A stretch of DNA of 64,000 nt from Flavitalea sp. (GCA_035525775.1 DATLDR010000243.1:1587-65586); one strand, 5' to 3'; positions 9,199-19,757 are shown, counted from the stretch's first letter. Notes: generated by a model not told the origin, from the letters alone. A program made the numbers and translations.

Positions 9199-9769
9199 CC
9201 ATATTTTTTTTCACCTTCTCTATTATCTCAGAGATCTCTTTGTTGGTGTTGAATTTATATACTTCATGTTCCCTTGATGGATCAAAGGAACCAGGAATTT
9301 TTCTGAAAGGGCCGATGATCTGGGCGTCAGTATTCTTTGTGATCTTTGCGATTGTCATAGGAGGGATGCTGTAGTTTCTTTTTGCTTCACTTACTCCCTG
9401 TCCTTTCATCAGCATCGTTAGACTGTCAACCCGCTCCCATAAATTTTCCTGTGTAATAACGATCTGCGAATTGTCGGTGCCTGTTTTCTGGTAGCTTCCT
9501 GCTATAGTATCTTTCTTAAGGTTCAGAAGATATAATCCTGATTCCTTCAGGTCAAAATCTTTATCGCCAGATGGGGAGTTAACGGTTATTTTATCACCAT
9601 CCGGAACTATTGTTTCTTCATTATGTGTTGTGCCAGGCTGAAGATTAACTGTGTTACCATTGACTTTGATAGTGCCGCTTGCCATGATAACAACTTTTCT
9701 GCCACCACCGCCGCAGGAGTACAGGAAGAATGATATAAAATAAATCAGCAATAGTTTATGCATGACCAT
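9191..9769 (-). CDS. Hypothetical lipoprotein
   Basis: 192-aa ORF with a signal peptide and lipobox (FISFFLYSCGGGG). I recognise no family. Its 3' end overlaps the lysS 3' end by 8 nt. Confidence 0.55.
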   Translation of the reverse strand: MVMHKLLLIYFISFFLYSCGGGGRKVVIMASGTIKVNGNTVNLQPGTTHNEETIVPDGDKITVNSPSGDKDFDLKESGLYLLNLKKDTIAGSYQKTGTDNSQIVITQENLWERVDSLTMLMKGQGVSEAKRNYSIPPMTIAKITKNTDAQIIGPFRKIPGSFDPSREHEVYKFNTNKEISEIIEKVKKNMAK

Positions 9770-9785
9770 GGAAAAGATTTTTAAA

Positions 9786-9831
9786 TTGAATCCTTTGAGA
9801 AAGCAAAGTATTGTTCTCAGAAAGGATTCAA
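9786..9831 (-). terminator. Hairpin terminator downstream of the superoxide dismutase gene
   Basis: Imperfect stem of about 16 bp: TTGAATCCTTTGAGAA ... TTCTCAGAAAGGATTCAA. On the minus strand it is followed by a T-rich run (TTTAAAAATCTTTT). Confidence 0.5.
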
Positions 9832-9850
9832 TTGATTAGACCGGTGTTAT

Positions 9851-10450
9851 TTATTCCCCGAATCGTTCATTCACTTTGTTCCAGTTTACCACGTTCCAGA
9901 AAACGCCGAGATATTCTGCCCGGCGATTTTGATATTTTAAATAATAGGCATGCTCCCATACATCTACCCCAAGCAGTGGCGTACCCTTTACTTCGGCTAC
10001 ATCCATTAAAGGGTTGTCCTGATTGGGTGTGGAAGAAATTTCGAGCTTATCATTGTTTAAAATGAGCCATGCCCATCCGGATCCAAAACGTGTCATGCCG
10101 GCATTATTAAACTTTTCCTTGAAAGCATCAAATGATCCGAATGTAGAGGTGATTAATTCTGCCAGTTTTCCTGTTGGAGTACCTCCGGCATTTGGTGCCA
10201 GGCTTTCCCAGAAGAAAGTATGATTCCAGTGCCCACCACCATTGTTGCGCACTGCAGGACTGATACTTCCTGCTGATGCTACAAGTTCTTCAAGTGTTTT
10301 ACTTTCATTAGGTGTTCCTGCTATAGCCTTATTAAGATTGTCAACGTAAGCCTGGTGGTGCTTACCATGATGTATCTGCATAGTAGTAGTATCGATGTGG
10401 GGCTCAAGTGCATCGTGCGCATAAGGCAGAGCTGGTAAAGTAAATGCCAT
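9851..10450 (-). CDS. Fe/Mn-family superoxide dismutase
   Basis: N-terminus [33 protein letters not shown] and the C-terminal metal-ligand motif [11 protein letters not shown]. Confidence 0.95.
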   Translation of the reverse strand: MAFTLPALPYAHDALEPHIDTTTMQIHHGKHHQAYVDNLNKAIAGTPNESKTLEELVASAGSISPAVRNNGGGHWNHTFFWESLAPNAGGTPTGKLAELITSTFGSFDAFKEKFNNAGMTRFGSGWAWLILNNDKLEISSTPNQDNPLMDVAEVKGTPLLGVDVWEHAYYLKYQNRRAEYLGVFWNVVNWNKVNERFGE

Positions 10451-10512
10451 AACTATTGAATATTTAAGATTAAACGATTTTATAAAATTAGCGATATTGA
10501 AATTAACCTTCT

Positions 10513-10944
10513 CTATCTCCTTGCCTTAAAAAAATTTTTCATCAGAATTGCACATTCTTCAGCAAGTACACCTTTCGTCAATCCTGTTTTAGGATGGAAC
10601 GGCCATGCTGCTTTTGAAGAATAACCATTCTTTTCATCACTGGCACCAAATACAATGCGCGCAATTTTACTCCAATACATAGCCCCTGCGCACATAAGGC
10701 AAGGCTCAACAGTAATGTACATTGTTGCTTCTGGCAGGTATTTGCTTCCTAAAAAATTAAATGCTGATGTTAAAGCAAGGATCTCTGCGTGGGCGGTCGG
10801 ATCGCACAACCGCTCGACCTGATTATATCCCTTCGCGAGAATTCTATCACCCTGAACAATTATTGCACCAACCGGTACTTCTTCCGCATCAAACGCTTTC
10901 TGCGCTTCACGTAAAGCCAGCTTCATGTAATGTTCGTCGGTCAT
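10513..10944 (-). CDS. tadA: tRNA adenosine(34) deaminase
   Basis: 143 aa with the CDA zinc motifs HAEILAL and PCLMCAGA. Confidence 0.9.
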   Translation of the reverse strand: MTDEHYMKLALREAQKAFDAEEVPVGAIIVQGDRILAKGYNQVERLCDPTAHAEILALTSAFNFLGSKYLPEATMYITVEPCLMCAGAMYWSKIARIVFGASDEKNGYSSKAAWPFHPKTGLTKGVLAEECAILMKNFFKARR

Positions 10945-10993
10945 GGGGTGTGAAGTTAAAAGTTAATTGTTAAAAGTTGCGGTGAGTAAGAGT

Positions 10994-11887
10994 TTACCGG
11001 TGTTCCTTATAGACGTTGGGTTTCAAAACATTTTTAAACGATTGTAATTCGGATGGTGAAAGGTCCGGAGCGTTGACAGTATCAACTGCTTCTTCAACCT
11101 GCTCTAATGTTCTCATTCCAACTACTGCTGATGTCACTGCTTTATTTTGGAGTACATATTTAATAGCTGTTTGAGTTGGGGTTCTATCCGTTCCTGATAA
11201 TCCGAGCACAGCGTTCGCCATTTGTGAAACTTCTTCTGAAGAATAATCCAGGTATGGTTTAAGAGGTTTACCAATCAGCAAACCCTGAGCAACACATCCG
11301 CGTATCATCACAGCGATATTATGTTTATGTAACAGGCCGAGTGTTTCTTCTTCCGGTCTCCTGTCTGCGAGGCTGTATTGTGTCATTACACTTACTATGG
11401 ATGATCTTTTAATGTATTCCCTTATCACATTCGGGCGGATAGATGAAATACCGTAATAGCGTATCTTTCCCTGTTGTTTAAGCAGCTCAAACGCTTCTAC
11501 ACTTTCATTGATGTTATCATGAACAGTTCCACCGTGAAGCTGGTACAGGTCAATGTAATCCGTCTGTAATCTTCTAAGACTGTCTTCTGCACATTTCAGA
11601 ATATGTTTTTTTGATGGATTCCAGTCCAGGCCTCCGTTCCGGTTTCTCACATTGCCTGCTTTGGAGGCAACAATTACATTATCACGTTTACCTTTTATTG
11701 CTTTACCTATTATGATTTCATTCAGGCCGTCGTGATATATATCAGCAGTATCGAGATAATTTATGTCAAGTGCTATTGCCTTATCCAGAACAGGGATGGC
11801 CATTTTTTCATCAGGGGGAAGGGACATGCATCCAAATCCTATCCGTGACACTTTAAGTGCGGAAACGCCAAGATTAGAATAAATCAT
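10994..11887 (-). CDS. Aldo/keto reductase
   Basis: 297 aa with an AKR fold (GFGCM.., DTADIYHDG.NE, YIDLYQLH, RYYGISS). Confidence 0.9.
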   Translation of the reverse strand: MIYSNLGVSALKVSRIGFGCMSLPPDEKMAIPVLDKAIALDINYLDTADIYHDGLNEIIIGKAIKGKRDNVIVASKAGNVRNRNGGLDWNPSKKHILKCAEDSLRRLQTDYIDLYQLHGGTVHDNINESVEAFELLKQQGKIRYYGISSIRPNVIREYIKRSSIVSVMTQYSLADRRPEEETLGLLHKHNIAVMIRGCVAQGLLIGKPLKPYLDYSSEEVSQMANAVLGLSGTDRTPTQTAIKYVLQNKAVTSAVVGMRTLEQVEEAVDTVNAPDLSPSELQSFKNVLKPNVYKEHR

Positions 11888-11903
11888 TAATAAAATTAAT
11901 TAA

Positions 11904-12941
11904 TTACACGGCGCATTTCTCGTGATAGTTTTCGAGAACGATCACAGATTTCTGGAATTCGAAGCCTGAATATTCTTTCACTATCTGATCAAGCACCTGT
12001 TCAATCTCTTCGATTTCTTTCATCACCACCAGCCTGCTTCTGAACTCTTTGATATTCGGAAGACCTTTAAGGTAATTCGCATAGTGCCGGCGCATTTCAA
12101 GTATGCCTACAACAGGACCTTTCCATTCATATGACCTCCGCAGATGTTTGCGGCATACATCTATGCGTTGTTGGATGGTAGGTGGAGGCAGATGTTCTCC
12201 GGTTTTTACAAAATGCTTTATATCGTTGAAGATCCATGGATAACCTATCGCTGCCCTGCCGATCATAATGCCATCTACTCCATATCTGTTTCTATATTCC
12301 AATGCTTTCTCCGGTGAGTCAATGTCGCCATTGCCAAATATCGGGATATGAATGCGCGGATTGTTTTTCACTTTTCCGATCAGTGTCCAATCAGCAGAAC
12401 CCTTATACATTTGCATTCTTGTGCGGCCATGAATGGCAAGCGCTTTAATGCCCACATCCTGAAGCCTTTCAGCAACTTCTTCAATATTTTTTGAATCATT
12501 GTCCCACCCAAGTCTTGTTTTAACGGTTACAGGAAGGCTCGTCGATTTAACAACGGCTTCAGTAAGTCTTACCATTAAATCAAGGTCTTTCAGAACGCCG
12601 GCGCCGGCGCCTTTACAGGCAACTTTTTTAACCGGGCAACCAAAGTTAATATCGAGAATGTCCGGGTTTGTAACATCTACAATTTTAGCAGCTAGTGACA
12701 GACTTTCTTCATCACCTCCGAATATCTGAATGCCAACAGGACGTTCATAATCAAAAATGTCCAGTTTTTTACGGCTTTTGATCGCATCCCGGATCAGGCC
12801 TTCCGAAGAAATAAATTCTGTGTACATCAGGTCGGCGCCGTTATCCTTGCAAACGGCCCTGAATGGAGGGTCGCTAACATCTTCCATGGGAGCCAGCAGC
12901 AATGGAAATTCGGGAAGTGGTATGTTGTCTATCTTGATCAT
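11904..12941 (-). CDS. dusB: tRNA dihydrouridine synthase B
   Basis: LAPMEDVSDPPFR, INFGCPVKKV and the TIM-barrel Dus core. The ORF-track start at 13130 adds about 63 non-conserved residues and overlaps the divergent CPBP gene. In-frame ATGs at 12959 or 12941 fit the conserved N-terminus. Confidence 0.88.
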   Translation of the reverse strand: MIKIDNIPLPEFPLLLAPMEDVSDPPFRAVCKDNGADLMYTEFISSEGLIRDAIKSRKKLDIFDYERPVGIQIFGGDEESLSLAAKIVDVTNPDILDINFGCPVKKVACKGAGAGVLKDLDLMVRLTEAVVKSTSLPVTVKTRLGWDNDSKNIEEVAERLQDVGIKALAIHGRTRMQMYKGSADWTLIGKVKNNPRIHIPIFGNGDIDSPEKALEYRNRYGVDGIMIGRAAIGYPWIFNDIKHFVKTGEHLPPPTIQQRIDVCRKHLRRSYEWKGPVVGILEMRRHYANYLKGLPNIKEFRSRLVVMKEIEEIEQVLDQIVKEYSGFEFQKSVIVLENYHEKCAV

Positions 12942-13029
12942 TTTCAACCTTTGACGCATAGGAAAGCAGTCACTGAACGCTAATCCGTATCTTGTAAAAA
13001 AATCCTGCAAATTTACATTTATATCTTGT

Positions 13030-13953
13030 ATGATCGGATATCTGCGCGTTAAATCTCCATGGTCACATCTTGGCATTTTTTTGGGTCTTTTGGGAGGAGG
13101 ATTTATTATAGGATATCTTATTATGGGCATTATTGCCTTTTCAATGGGCCTTCAGAATGCAACAGCAATGGGTAAACTCGATTGGTCTAAGCCGCAAGTA
13201 TTATCAGTAATGAAGGTTATCCAGGCGGTTTCTTCTGTCCTCATTTTTTTTCTGCCCTCTTATATATTCGGATTGATCGTTTATAGTGGCAAAACCACCA
13301 ATTTCCTGGGATTTAAGCCAGCATCCATCAAACCAATGTATGTGCTGGCAATTATTCTGATACTCGTTTCGTTCCCATTTGTATTCTGGCTGGGTGAGAT
13401 CAACCAGCTGGTTTCACTTCCAAAATGGATGGGCGACATGGAGCAGGAAGCTACAAAGCAGATGCAGCAGTTCCTTAAAGCTGGCAACATGGGTGAAGTA
13501 ATTCTGAATGTAGTTATCATTGCATTGCTCCCTGCTATCTGTGAAGAAGTGTGTTTTCGTGGAGCATTGCAAAGGATCATGATCCATATAACTAAAAATG
13601 CATGGACCGGAATAATAATTACCTCAATCCTTTTTTCTGCTTTGCATCTGCAGTTCCAGGGATTTCTGCCAAGAATGTTCCTCGGAATAATATTAGGTGC
13701 CATTTACTGGTACAGTGGTAGTTTATGGACCAGCATACTTGCGCATTTTGTAAATAATGCATTGCAGGTAATTGTAGTTTCGTACGCGCCGGCATATATC
13801 GAAAAAAATCCACCGGTTCCTGTGTTCCTGGCGCTATTAAGCGGCTTGCTGATTGTTGGTCTTTTATGGATTTTTAAAAGCTACTCCAGGGTTACCTATC
13901 AAAAGGTATATGAAGAGGATGAGCTGAACCGAAACAACGAATTTTTCGCTTAA
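13030..13953 (+). CDS. CPBP-family intramembrane glutamic endopeptidase (CAAX protease-like)
   Basis: Polytopic membrane protein carrying the EEVCFRGALQ, FSALH and HFVNN motifs. Confidence 0.85.
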   Translation: MIGYLRVKSPWSHLGIFLGLLGGGFIIGYLIMGIIAFSMGLQNATAMGKLDWSKPQVLSVMKVIQAVSSVLIFFLPSYIFGLIVYSGKTTNFLGFKPASIKPMYVLAIILILVSFPFVFWLGEINQLVSLPKWMGDMEQEATKQMQQFLKAGNMGEVILNVVIIALLPAICEEVCFRGALQRIMIHITKNAWTGIIITSILFSALHLQFQGFLPRMFLGIILGAIYWYSGSLWTSILAHFVNNALQVIVVSYAPAYIEKNPPVPVFLALLSGLLIVGLLWIFKSYSRVTYQKVYEEDELNRNNEFFA

Positions 13954-13962
13954 TTCATTCTG

Positions 13963-14832
13963 ATGGCGCTCAACAGAAGTACTTTTAAAACCAGGTCGCT
14001 TACTGCAGGAGTATTTATTATTGTGATGCTCGCAGGTTTACTGATCAATCACTGGACTGTTTTCATGCTCTTCTCCGTTATTCATTACGGGTGCTGGATA
14101 GAATACCAGAAACTGGTAGGGCTGACCGATAAGGATTACCGCTCGATATCTGAATTTCACCGCTATGGCATCATGATCGCCGGATGGTGCATCATGCTTT
14201 ATTTCACAAACGATGATTTTCACTTCGGCGACTTTTTGCTGCATCCCGTCGGATGGTGGCTTGCTTTATTGTTCGCTTTTTTGTTACCGATAACCGAGCT
14301 TCTTTTTTCTCATACTATCTCCCTGAAAAATATTGGTTATTCGGCGCTGGGCTTCATTTATATTTCATTAAGCTGCGGACTGATGACAGACCTCCTCATT
14401 TTTCCCACTATTCCGTATAAGTCTACTCCATTCATGCCACTTATCATTATTGCATGCATGTGGATCAACGACACAATGGCTTATATCGTTGGATCGCTTG
14501 TTGGCACAACACCACTTACTTCCATCTCTCCGAAAAAAACAAGGGAAGGAACGATTGGCGGCATCGTGCTATGCATAACAGTGGTTACTATTGCATGCAG
14601 CTATATACCTACATTACGAGATTTATACTTTGTACACTGGCTAATGATTTCACTGATCGCTTCGGTTACCGGAACATTCGGAGATATTCTGGAGAGCAAA
14701 CTTAAACGCATGGCAGGTGTTAAAGACAGCGGCCATATTATGCCGGGTCATGGAGGATTTTTAGACCGGTTTGATTCACTTCTTGTTGCCACACCATTTG
14801 TTTGGATGTATGTTGAGATATTTTTACGGTAA
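13963..14832 (+). CDS. cdsA: Phosphatidate cytidylyltransferase
   Basis: Polytopic membrane protein with the C-terminal CTP-transferase signature (SKLKRMAGVKDSGHIMPGHGGFLDRFDS). Confidence 0.9.
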   Translation: MALNRSTFKTRSLTAGVFIIVMLAGLLINHWTVFMLFSVIHYGCWIEYQKLVGLTDKDYRSISEFHRYGIMIAGWCIMLYFTNDDFHFGDFLLHPVGWWLALLFAFLLPITELLFSHTISLKNIGYSALGFIYISLSCGLMTDLLIFPTIPYKSTPFMPLIIIACMWINDTMAYIVGSLVGTTPLTSISPKKTREGTIGGIVLCITVVTIACSYIPTLRDLYFVHWLMISLIASVTGTFGDILESKLKRMAGVKDSGHIMPGHGGFLDRFDSLLVATPFVWMYVEIFLR

Positions 14833-14877
14833 TGCAATAGAAGGTTTGTTTAATTTTGAATTTTAATCATTGAATTC

Positions 14878-15534
14878 ATGACGATACACAGAGAAGGTAT
14901 AAAAACGATTATGATCACGGCGATCTTATTCGGTGCCATCAACCTGGCGTCGTTTTACTTTCTCAGTTATAATTATCCCTGGTTAAGCTGGTCGATATTT
15001 CTTTTATCGATAATTGTGTGGTTGTTCATCATATCTTTCTTCCGTGTGCCATCACGTGAGCTGGTAACTAATGAAGAATTTATTATAGCTCCTGCAGATG
15101 GAAAAGTTGTTGTGATTGAAGAAGCTTACGACGAAGAATATTTTAAAGATAAAAGATTGCAGATCTCTATTTTCATGAGTCCCGCAAATGTTCATCAAAA
15201 CCGTAACCCGGTAAGCGGTGAGGTGGTGTACAGCCGGTATCACAAAGGGAAATATCTTGTTGCATGGCATCCCAAATCTTCTACAGAAAATGAAAGGCAC
15301 TCTGTTGTGATCATGAACAAAAATGGCGAGGTGCTCGTAAAACAGATTGCAGGAGCAGTGGCGAGACGAATAGTAAATTACCTGAAAGTGGGACAGAAAG
15401 CCGACCAGGCGGCGGAAATGGGATTTATAAAATTCGGGAGCAGAGTTGATTTGTTGTTGCCACTTGGTTCAAAAGTAGAAGTTAAGCTGAACCAGGTAGT
15501 AACAGGTGGTATGACTGTTTTGGCAAAATTGTAA
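14878..15534 (+). CDS. psd: Phosphatidylserine decarboxylase-family proenzyme
   Basis: 218 aa with an N-terminal TM segment and an FGSRVDLLLP self-cleavage-type motif. It lies directly after cdsA. Confidence 0.88.
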   Translation: MTIHREGIKTIMITAILFGAINLASFYFLSYNYPWLSWSIFLLSIIVWLFIISFFRVPSRELVTNEEFIIAPADGKVVVIEEAYDEEYFKDKRLQISIFMSPANVHQNRNPVSGEVVYSRYHKGKYLVAWHPKSSTENERHSVVIMNKNGEVLVKQIAGAVARRIVNYLKVGQKADQAAEMGFIKFGSRVDLLLPLGSKVEVKLNQVVTGGMTVLAKL

Positions 15535-16230
15535 TCAGAAAATTTCCTGAAGCTCTTTGAGAGAAGTAACAGTGTAAGTAGGTTGAATATTGCACATCTC
15601 ACCCAGGTGATTAACATACACCTGGTCAATTCCGGCGTTAATTGCTCCTTTTATATCCACTTCAATATTGTCTCCGATCATTATGCTTTGATGCTGCAAA
15701 GCCTTAGCCTTATTTAAAGCATATTCAAATATCTCTTTTTTGGGTTTCATACTGTTGCTGCCTTCTGAAGTGATCACTTCAACAAAAAAACCGGATATTC
15801 CACAATTGCGGAGCTTGCTGTGCTGTGTTTCTTCAAAACCATTGGTGATCAGGTGAAGCTGATATCCTTTGCCATTAAGATATTGCAGAGTTTCAACAGC
15901 ATCTGCAAATAATATTTTTCTTGTTGGAAGCAGTTCCAGGAAACGGGCGCCAAGTTGTCTTGCAAGGTTTTCATCAGCTATACCAAAATCAAGGAGTGTA
16001 TTCCACATCCTTTTCCATCTTAATTCTTCTGCCTTCATCATACCGCTCCTGTATTTTTCCCACAGCTGCTCATTATGCTCAAGGTATACTTTAAGAAAAG
16101 GTTCGAAATTGGTTACGCCGGCTTTTTCGAGATGCAGTTGGTGATATAATTCCTGTAAAGTGAGACGGGCATTCTCATTAAAATCCCACAGTGTATGATC
16201 GAGATCGAAGAAAAGGTGCCGGTATTTCAT
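15535..16230 (-). CDS. HAD-family hydrolase (YjjG-like nucleotidase type)
   Basis: HAD motif I (FFDLDHTLWDF), motif II (LITNG) and motif III/IV (GDNIEVDIKGAINAG). Confidence 0.85.
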   Translation of the reverse strand: MKYRHLFFDLDHTLWDFNENARLTLQELYHQLHLEKAGVTNFEPFLKVYLEHNEQLWEKYRSGMMKAEELRWKRMWNTLLDFGIADENLARQLGARFLELLPTRKILFADAVETLQYLNGKGYQLHLITNGFEETQHSKLRNCGISGFFVEVITSEGSNSMKPKKEIFEYALNKAKALQHQSIMIGDNIEVDIKGAINAGIDQVYVNHLGEMCNIQPTYTVTSLKELQEIF

Positions 16231-16267
16231 TCACCAAAAATAACCTATATTGGGCACCCTGCATGTT

Positions 16268-16969
16268 ATGAACATTGTAATTACCGGAGCTTCGAAAGGT
16301 ATAGGAAAAGCTATCGCAGAGAAATTTGCCGCGAACGGTTACTCTCTTTTCCTGTGTGCGCGCAACGAACAGGATCTTGCTGAAACATCCCGAAAAATTG
16401 CTGACTCTTTTCCAAATATTAAAGTTGGATACAAAGCATGTGATGTATCAAAGAAAAATGAATTGAAAGCGTTTGCTGCATGGATCCATACGCAGGCAGC
16501 GGCCGTGGATGTACTGGTTAACAACGCAGGCAGCTTTGTTCCGGGTCATGTGCATGAAGAAGAAGATGGGGTAATTGAATTGCTGATGGAAACAAACCTT
16601 TACAGTGCTTATTATCTTACGAAATACCTTTTACAGCCGATGATGGACCAAAAAAGCGGTCACATATTTAATATTTGTTCCATTGCATCATTGAAAGCTT
16701 ATAAGCATGGCGGCTCTTACAGCATAACAAAATATGCAATGTCAGGATTATCGGCCAACCTGAGAGATGAGATGAAACATTATGGCGTAAAAGTAACTTC
16801 GGTTTATCCAGGTGCTGCTTACACTGCATCATGGGATTCAAGTGGTGTGGATCCTGAGCGTATCATGAAACCTGATGATATTGCAGATATGATTTTTGCT
16901 GCAGCAAATCTTTCACCCCAGGCGTGTGTAGAAGAAATTGTGATACGTCCGCAATTGGGTGATTTATGA
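16268..16969 (+). CDS. SDR-family oxidoreductase
   Basis: TGASKGIG cofactor motif, NNAG, and a YSITK catalytic Y-x3-K. The ORF-track start at 16250 is TTG, and the first ATG is at 16268. Confidence 0.9.
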   Translation: MNIVITGASKGIGKAIAEKFAANGYSLFLCARNEQDLAETSRKIADSFPNIKVGYKACDVSKKNELKAFAAWIHTQAAAVDVLVNNAGSFVPGHVHEEEDGVIELLMETNLYSAYYLTKYLLQPMMDQKSGHIFNICSIASLKAYKHGGSYSITKYAMSGLSANLRDEMKHYGVKVTSVYPGAAYTASWDSSGVDPERIMKPDDIADMIFAAANLSPQACVEEIVIRPQLGDL

Positions 16970-18048
16970 AATACCTGTTTCTGATATTTATTGTTTCGCT
17001 GAATAGTTTCTTCACATATTCACAGGAAGGAAAAAGTACGGGAGTAGTGGAAGACAATTCTGAATTGTCTCCTGGTGAAAGTGTGGATGAGAAGATCAAA
17101 AAGAACTTCTTTCTTAAAGCCGATGTAAGCAAAACAGAATGCTACGTAGGAGAGCCGTTGATGGCGGTATTCAAAGCATATTCGAGGCTCGATGCAAACT
17201 CGCAGGTACTTAAACGGCCGTCATTAAGTGGTTTTAGTGTAATAGAAATGGTTGATGCGTATAATACGCACCCTGAAATTGAGCGGCTAAATGGTGTTAA
17301 TTATTTTGTCCACCTGATTAGAAAAGTGCAGCTTTTCCCATTGCAACCAGGCTCTTTTACAATTGAACCGGCAGAAGTTGAAAGCATTATTCATTTAAGA
17401 AAAAGCAGGTCGAAGTCTATCTCTAACATCCGTGATATTTTCAGACGCGGTAATAATGTTACAATTGAAAAGCAGATAGTGTTTCAGACCCCACAGGTCA
17501 ATATCAAAGTAATTCCTCTTCCTGAAAAGGACCAGCCAGATGATTACGAAGGCGCAGTGGGTGACTTTATGGTGCATTTACAAATGGCGGAAACTTCGGT
17601 TGCAGCACGTGAACCGGCCATTGTTAAATTGATCATCAGCGGTACGGGAAACATTCCTTTGGTTACAGAACCTCATGTGAGCTGGCCAGCCTCTGCAGAA
17701 ATAAGCGGACCCGGAGTAACAGAGCAGGTCAATAAATATGTATACCCACTTTCAGGTGTTAAAACTTATCAGTTTACGATCGAACACCGTGATACCGGTA
17801 AGTTTGTTATTCCCCCGGTCAGACTTTCTTTTTTCCATCCGACTTCAAAAACTTATAAGATTGCAGAATCTAAGGAATTAAGCTATACTGTATCAGGTGT
17901 CAGAGGGACGCAAAAGAAAGATGTTCAGATGGTATTCAAAAATGAAAAGCAAGCTCCTCTTCATTATTATTATTTTGCGGGAATAGCATTGGTCATCATC
18001 TCTCTGATCATTTATTTTATGCTCAAACCTTTAAAAGACAAAATTTGA
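16966..18048 (+). CDS. BatD-family (oxygen-tolerance protein-like) membrane-anchored protein
   Basis: Signal peptide, two BatD-like modules (DVSKTECYVGEPLMAVFKAYSR..FSGF..; YEGAVGDFMVHLQM...ISGTGNIPLV) and a C-terminal TM helix. Its ATG overlaps the SDR stop codon (ATGA). Confidence 0.6.
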   Translation: MKYLFLIFIVSLNSFFTYSQEGKSTGVVEDNSELSPGESVDEKIKKNFFLKADVSKTECYVGEPLMAVFKAYSRLDANSQVLKRPSLSGFSVIEMVDAYNTHPEIERLNGVNYFVHLIRKVQLFPLQPGSFTIEPAEVESIIHLRKSRSKSISNIRDIFRRGNNVTIEKQIVFQTPQVNIKVIPLPEKDQPDDYEGAVGDFMVHLQMAETSVAAREPAIVKLIISGTGNIPLVTEPHVSWPASAEISGPGVTEQVNKYVYPLSGVKTYQFTIEHRDTGKFVIPPVRLSFFHPTSKTYKIAESKELSYTVSGVRGTQKKDVQMVFKNEKQAPLHYYYFAGIALVIISLIIYFMLKPLKDKI

Positions 18049-18753
18049 TTATTCGGTGTATTTATAACCTACACCTCTTACTGAATGAAAGTAATGGGGA
18101 TTGCGGCTGTCTTCTTCAAAATATTTCCTGAAATTGAGAATGAAGTTGTCGATCGTTCTTGTAGTGGGGTAAACGTTATAGCCCCATACCGACTGAAGGA
18201 TCTTTTCCCTGGGCACCACTTCATTTTTATTTTCAATCAGCAACTTGAGCAGCATGGCTTCTTTTTTACTGATCTGAATGCGTTCTCCTTTTCTTGTAAG
18301 GATCTCCTGCGCTCCGAAGTCTACAGTATTTTTTCCAAAACTGTACGTGTCTCCCACAGAATCTTTCTCCTGCATTTTCTTATTTTTTTCAATCAGCTTT
18401 TGTACACGCAACAGAAGTTCTTCAAGATTGAAAGGTTTGGTAAGATAATCATCGGCGCCTTTTTTTAATCCGGCAACGCGGTCTGCACTTGTATTTTTAG
18501 CGCTGAGAATTAATATAGGCACCTGATTATTTTGCAGCCTGATATTTTCTGTTACACTGATGCCATCAATGCCTGGCAGCATTACATCCATAATAATCAA
18601 ATCAAAATATTCCGCTTCTATTTTCTTTAAAGCTTCATGTCCGTCATACGCTGAAGTGATCTCGTAACCTTCCAGTTCAAGGTTCAACCGGAGTGCATCA
18701 TGCAGATTTTCTTCATCTTCCACTAAGAGAACTGATAGTTTTGGAGGAGCCAT
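18049..18753 (-). CDS. OmpR-family response regulator
   Basis: Receiver domain (LLVEDE..., DLIIMDVMLPGIDG, K at LTKPF) followed by a winged-helix output domain (VRGVGYKY). Confidence 0.92.
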   Translation of the reverse strand: MAPPKLSVLLVEDEENLHDALRLNLELEGYEITSAYDGHEALKKIEAEYFDLIIMDVMLPGIDGISVTENIRLQNNQVPILILSAKNTSADRVAGLKKGADDYLTKPFNLEELLLRVQKLIEKNKKMQEKDSVGDTYSFGKNTVDFGAQEILTRKGERIQISKKEAMLLKLLIENKNEVVPREKILQSVWGYNVYPTTRTIDNFILNFRKYFEEDSRNPHYFHSVRGVGYKYTE

Positions 18754-18754
18754 A

Positions 18755-19738
18755 TTATAACCTTTCTGCTTTTGCTTTCATGAATTTTACAAGGAATTTC
18801 GCGCCTTGGGGTATATTCTGTTCAACTTTAATTGAAGCGTTGTGGTCAACGGCAATTTTTTTGCAAAGATATAATCCCAAACCCGTGCCTTTTGCCGAGC
18901 GTGTTTCTTCATTGCCTATGCGATAAAACTTCTGAAAAATTTTTTTACGTTCTTCAACTGGTATGCCGGCACCTTCATCGGCAATGCAGAGAATAACGTG
19001 TGTGTCATCTTCAGTCAAACTGCATTTAACCGGTGATTGCCTGGGAGAATATTTTACTGCATTTTCCAAAAGGTTATTAACGAGAATCTGTAACAGCAAT
19101 GCATCGCCCATTAATTCTGATTCTTCAGAGAGAAGAACTTCCCACTTTTTTTCGGGAAACCTTCCTTGAAAATCGTTTGCGCAGCTTTTAACCAGATCAG
19201 AGAAATTTAGTTCTTCCTTATTGAATGTTTTGCCACCTTCAAGCTGCGCGGATACCAGAATGTTACTGGCAAGTGAATTCAGCCTGTTGGTTTCCTGCAA
19301 TGTCATTTCAATCAGACGTTGTTTCTTTTGCTCTTCGAGATTGTGTTTCTGCAGCGTCTCAAGATTAAGCATGGCAACTGCGATTGGAGTTTTTAATTCA
19401 TGGGTAATCGCCATCATGAGGTTTTCCTGCTGTCTCTGAATGGAAAATTGCCTGCGTACAGCTCTGTACATAAATGCTGCTCCCAGAATGATCAGTGCCA
19501 GAAAAGTTGCTCCTTCAGAAATGTATTGTGTGGTTTTACGCTGCTGATCGTTTAGGATTTCATTCTTCTTTTTTACGAAAGCCGGGTCAGATATAATTAA
19601 TTCGCTCAGTTTGTAATTGCTCATCTGCCCGTTCTGATTATTGAGAGCGATAAACCACCATACAAGGGCGGCTATTATATAGATAAGTAATACCCAGTAC
19701 GCGATGGTAATTAGTATCAGGCGTTTTTTTAACAGCAT
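18755..19738 (-). CDS. Sensor histidine kinase
   Basis: Two N-terminal TM helices, an H-box (ITHELKTPI) and N/G boxes (LENAVKYS, DEGAGIP, GTGLGLYLC). Its stop codon lies 1 nt from the response-regulator start. Confidence 0.92.
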   Translation of the reverse strand: MLLKKRLILITIAYWVLLIYIIAALVWWFIALNNQNGQMSNYKLSELIISDPAFVKKKNEILNDQQRKTTQYISEGATFLALIILGAAFMYRAVRRQFSIQRQQENLMMAITHELKTPIAVAMLNLETLQKHNLEEQKKQRLIEMTLQETNRLNSLASNILVSAQLEGGKTFNKEELNFSDLVKSCANDFQGRFPEKKWEVLLSEESELMGDALLLQILVNNLLENAVKYSPRQSPVKCSLTEDDTHVILCIADEGAGIPVEERKKIFQKFYRIGNEETRSAKGTGLGLYLCKKIAVDHNASIKVEQNIPQGAKFLVKFMKAKAERL

Positions 19739-19757
19739 CAGAAGTCAAATTAATCTG

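Noticed and set aside
12942-13130. N-terminal extension of dusB in the ORF track. Similar extensions occur at 2454-2576, 4287-4337, 20241-20306, 27984-28049, 40207-40275, 40905-40922, 42636-42698, 46437-46493, 55992-56021 and 58988-58993.
   Set aside because: These extensions start at the farthest ATG or TTG. They overlap neighbouring genes or precede an obvious signal peptide or conserved N-terminus. In each case an internal ATG start gives a better gene model.
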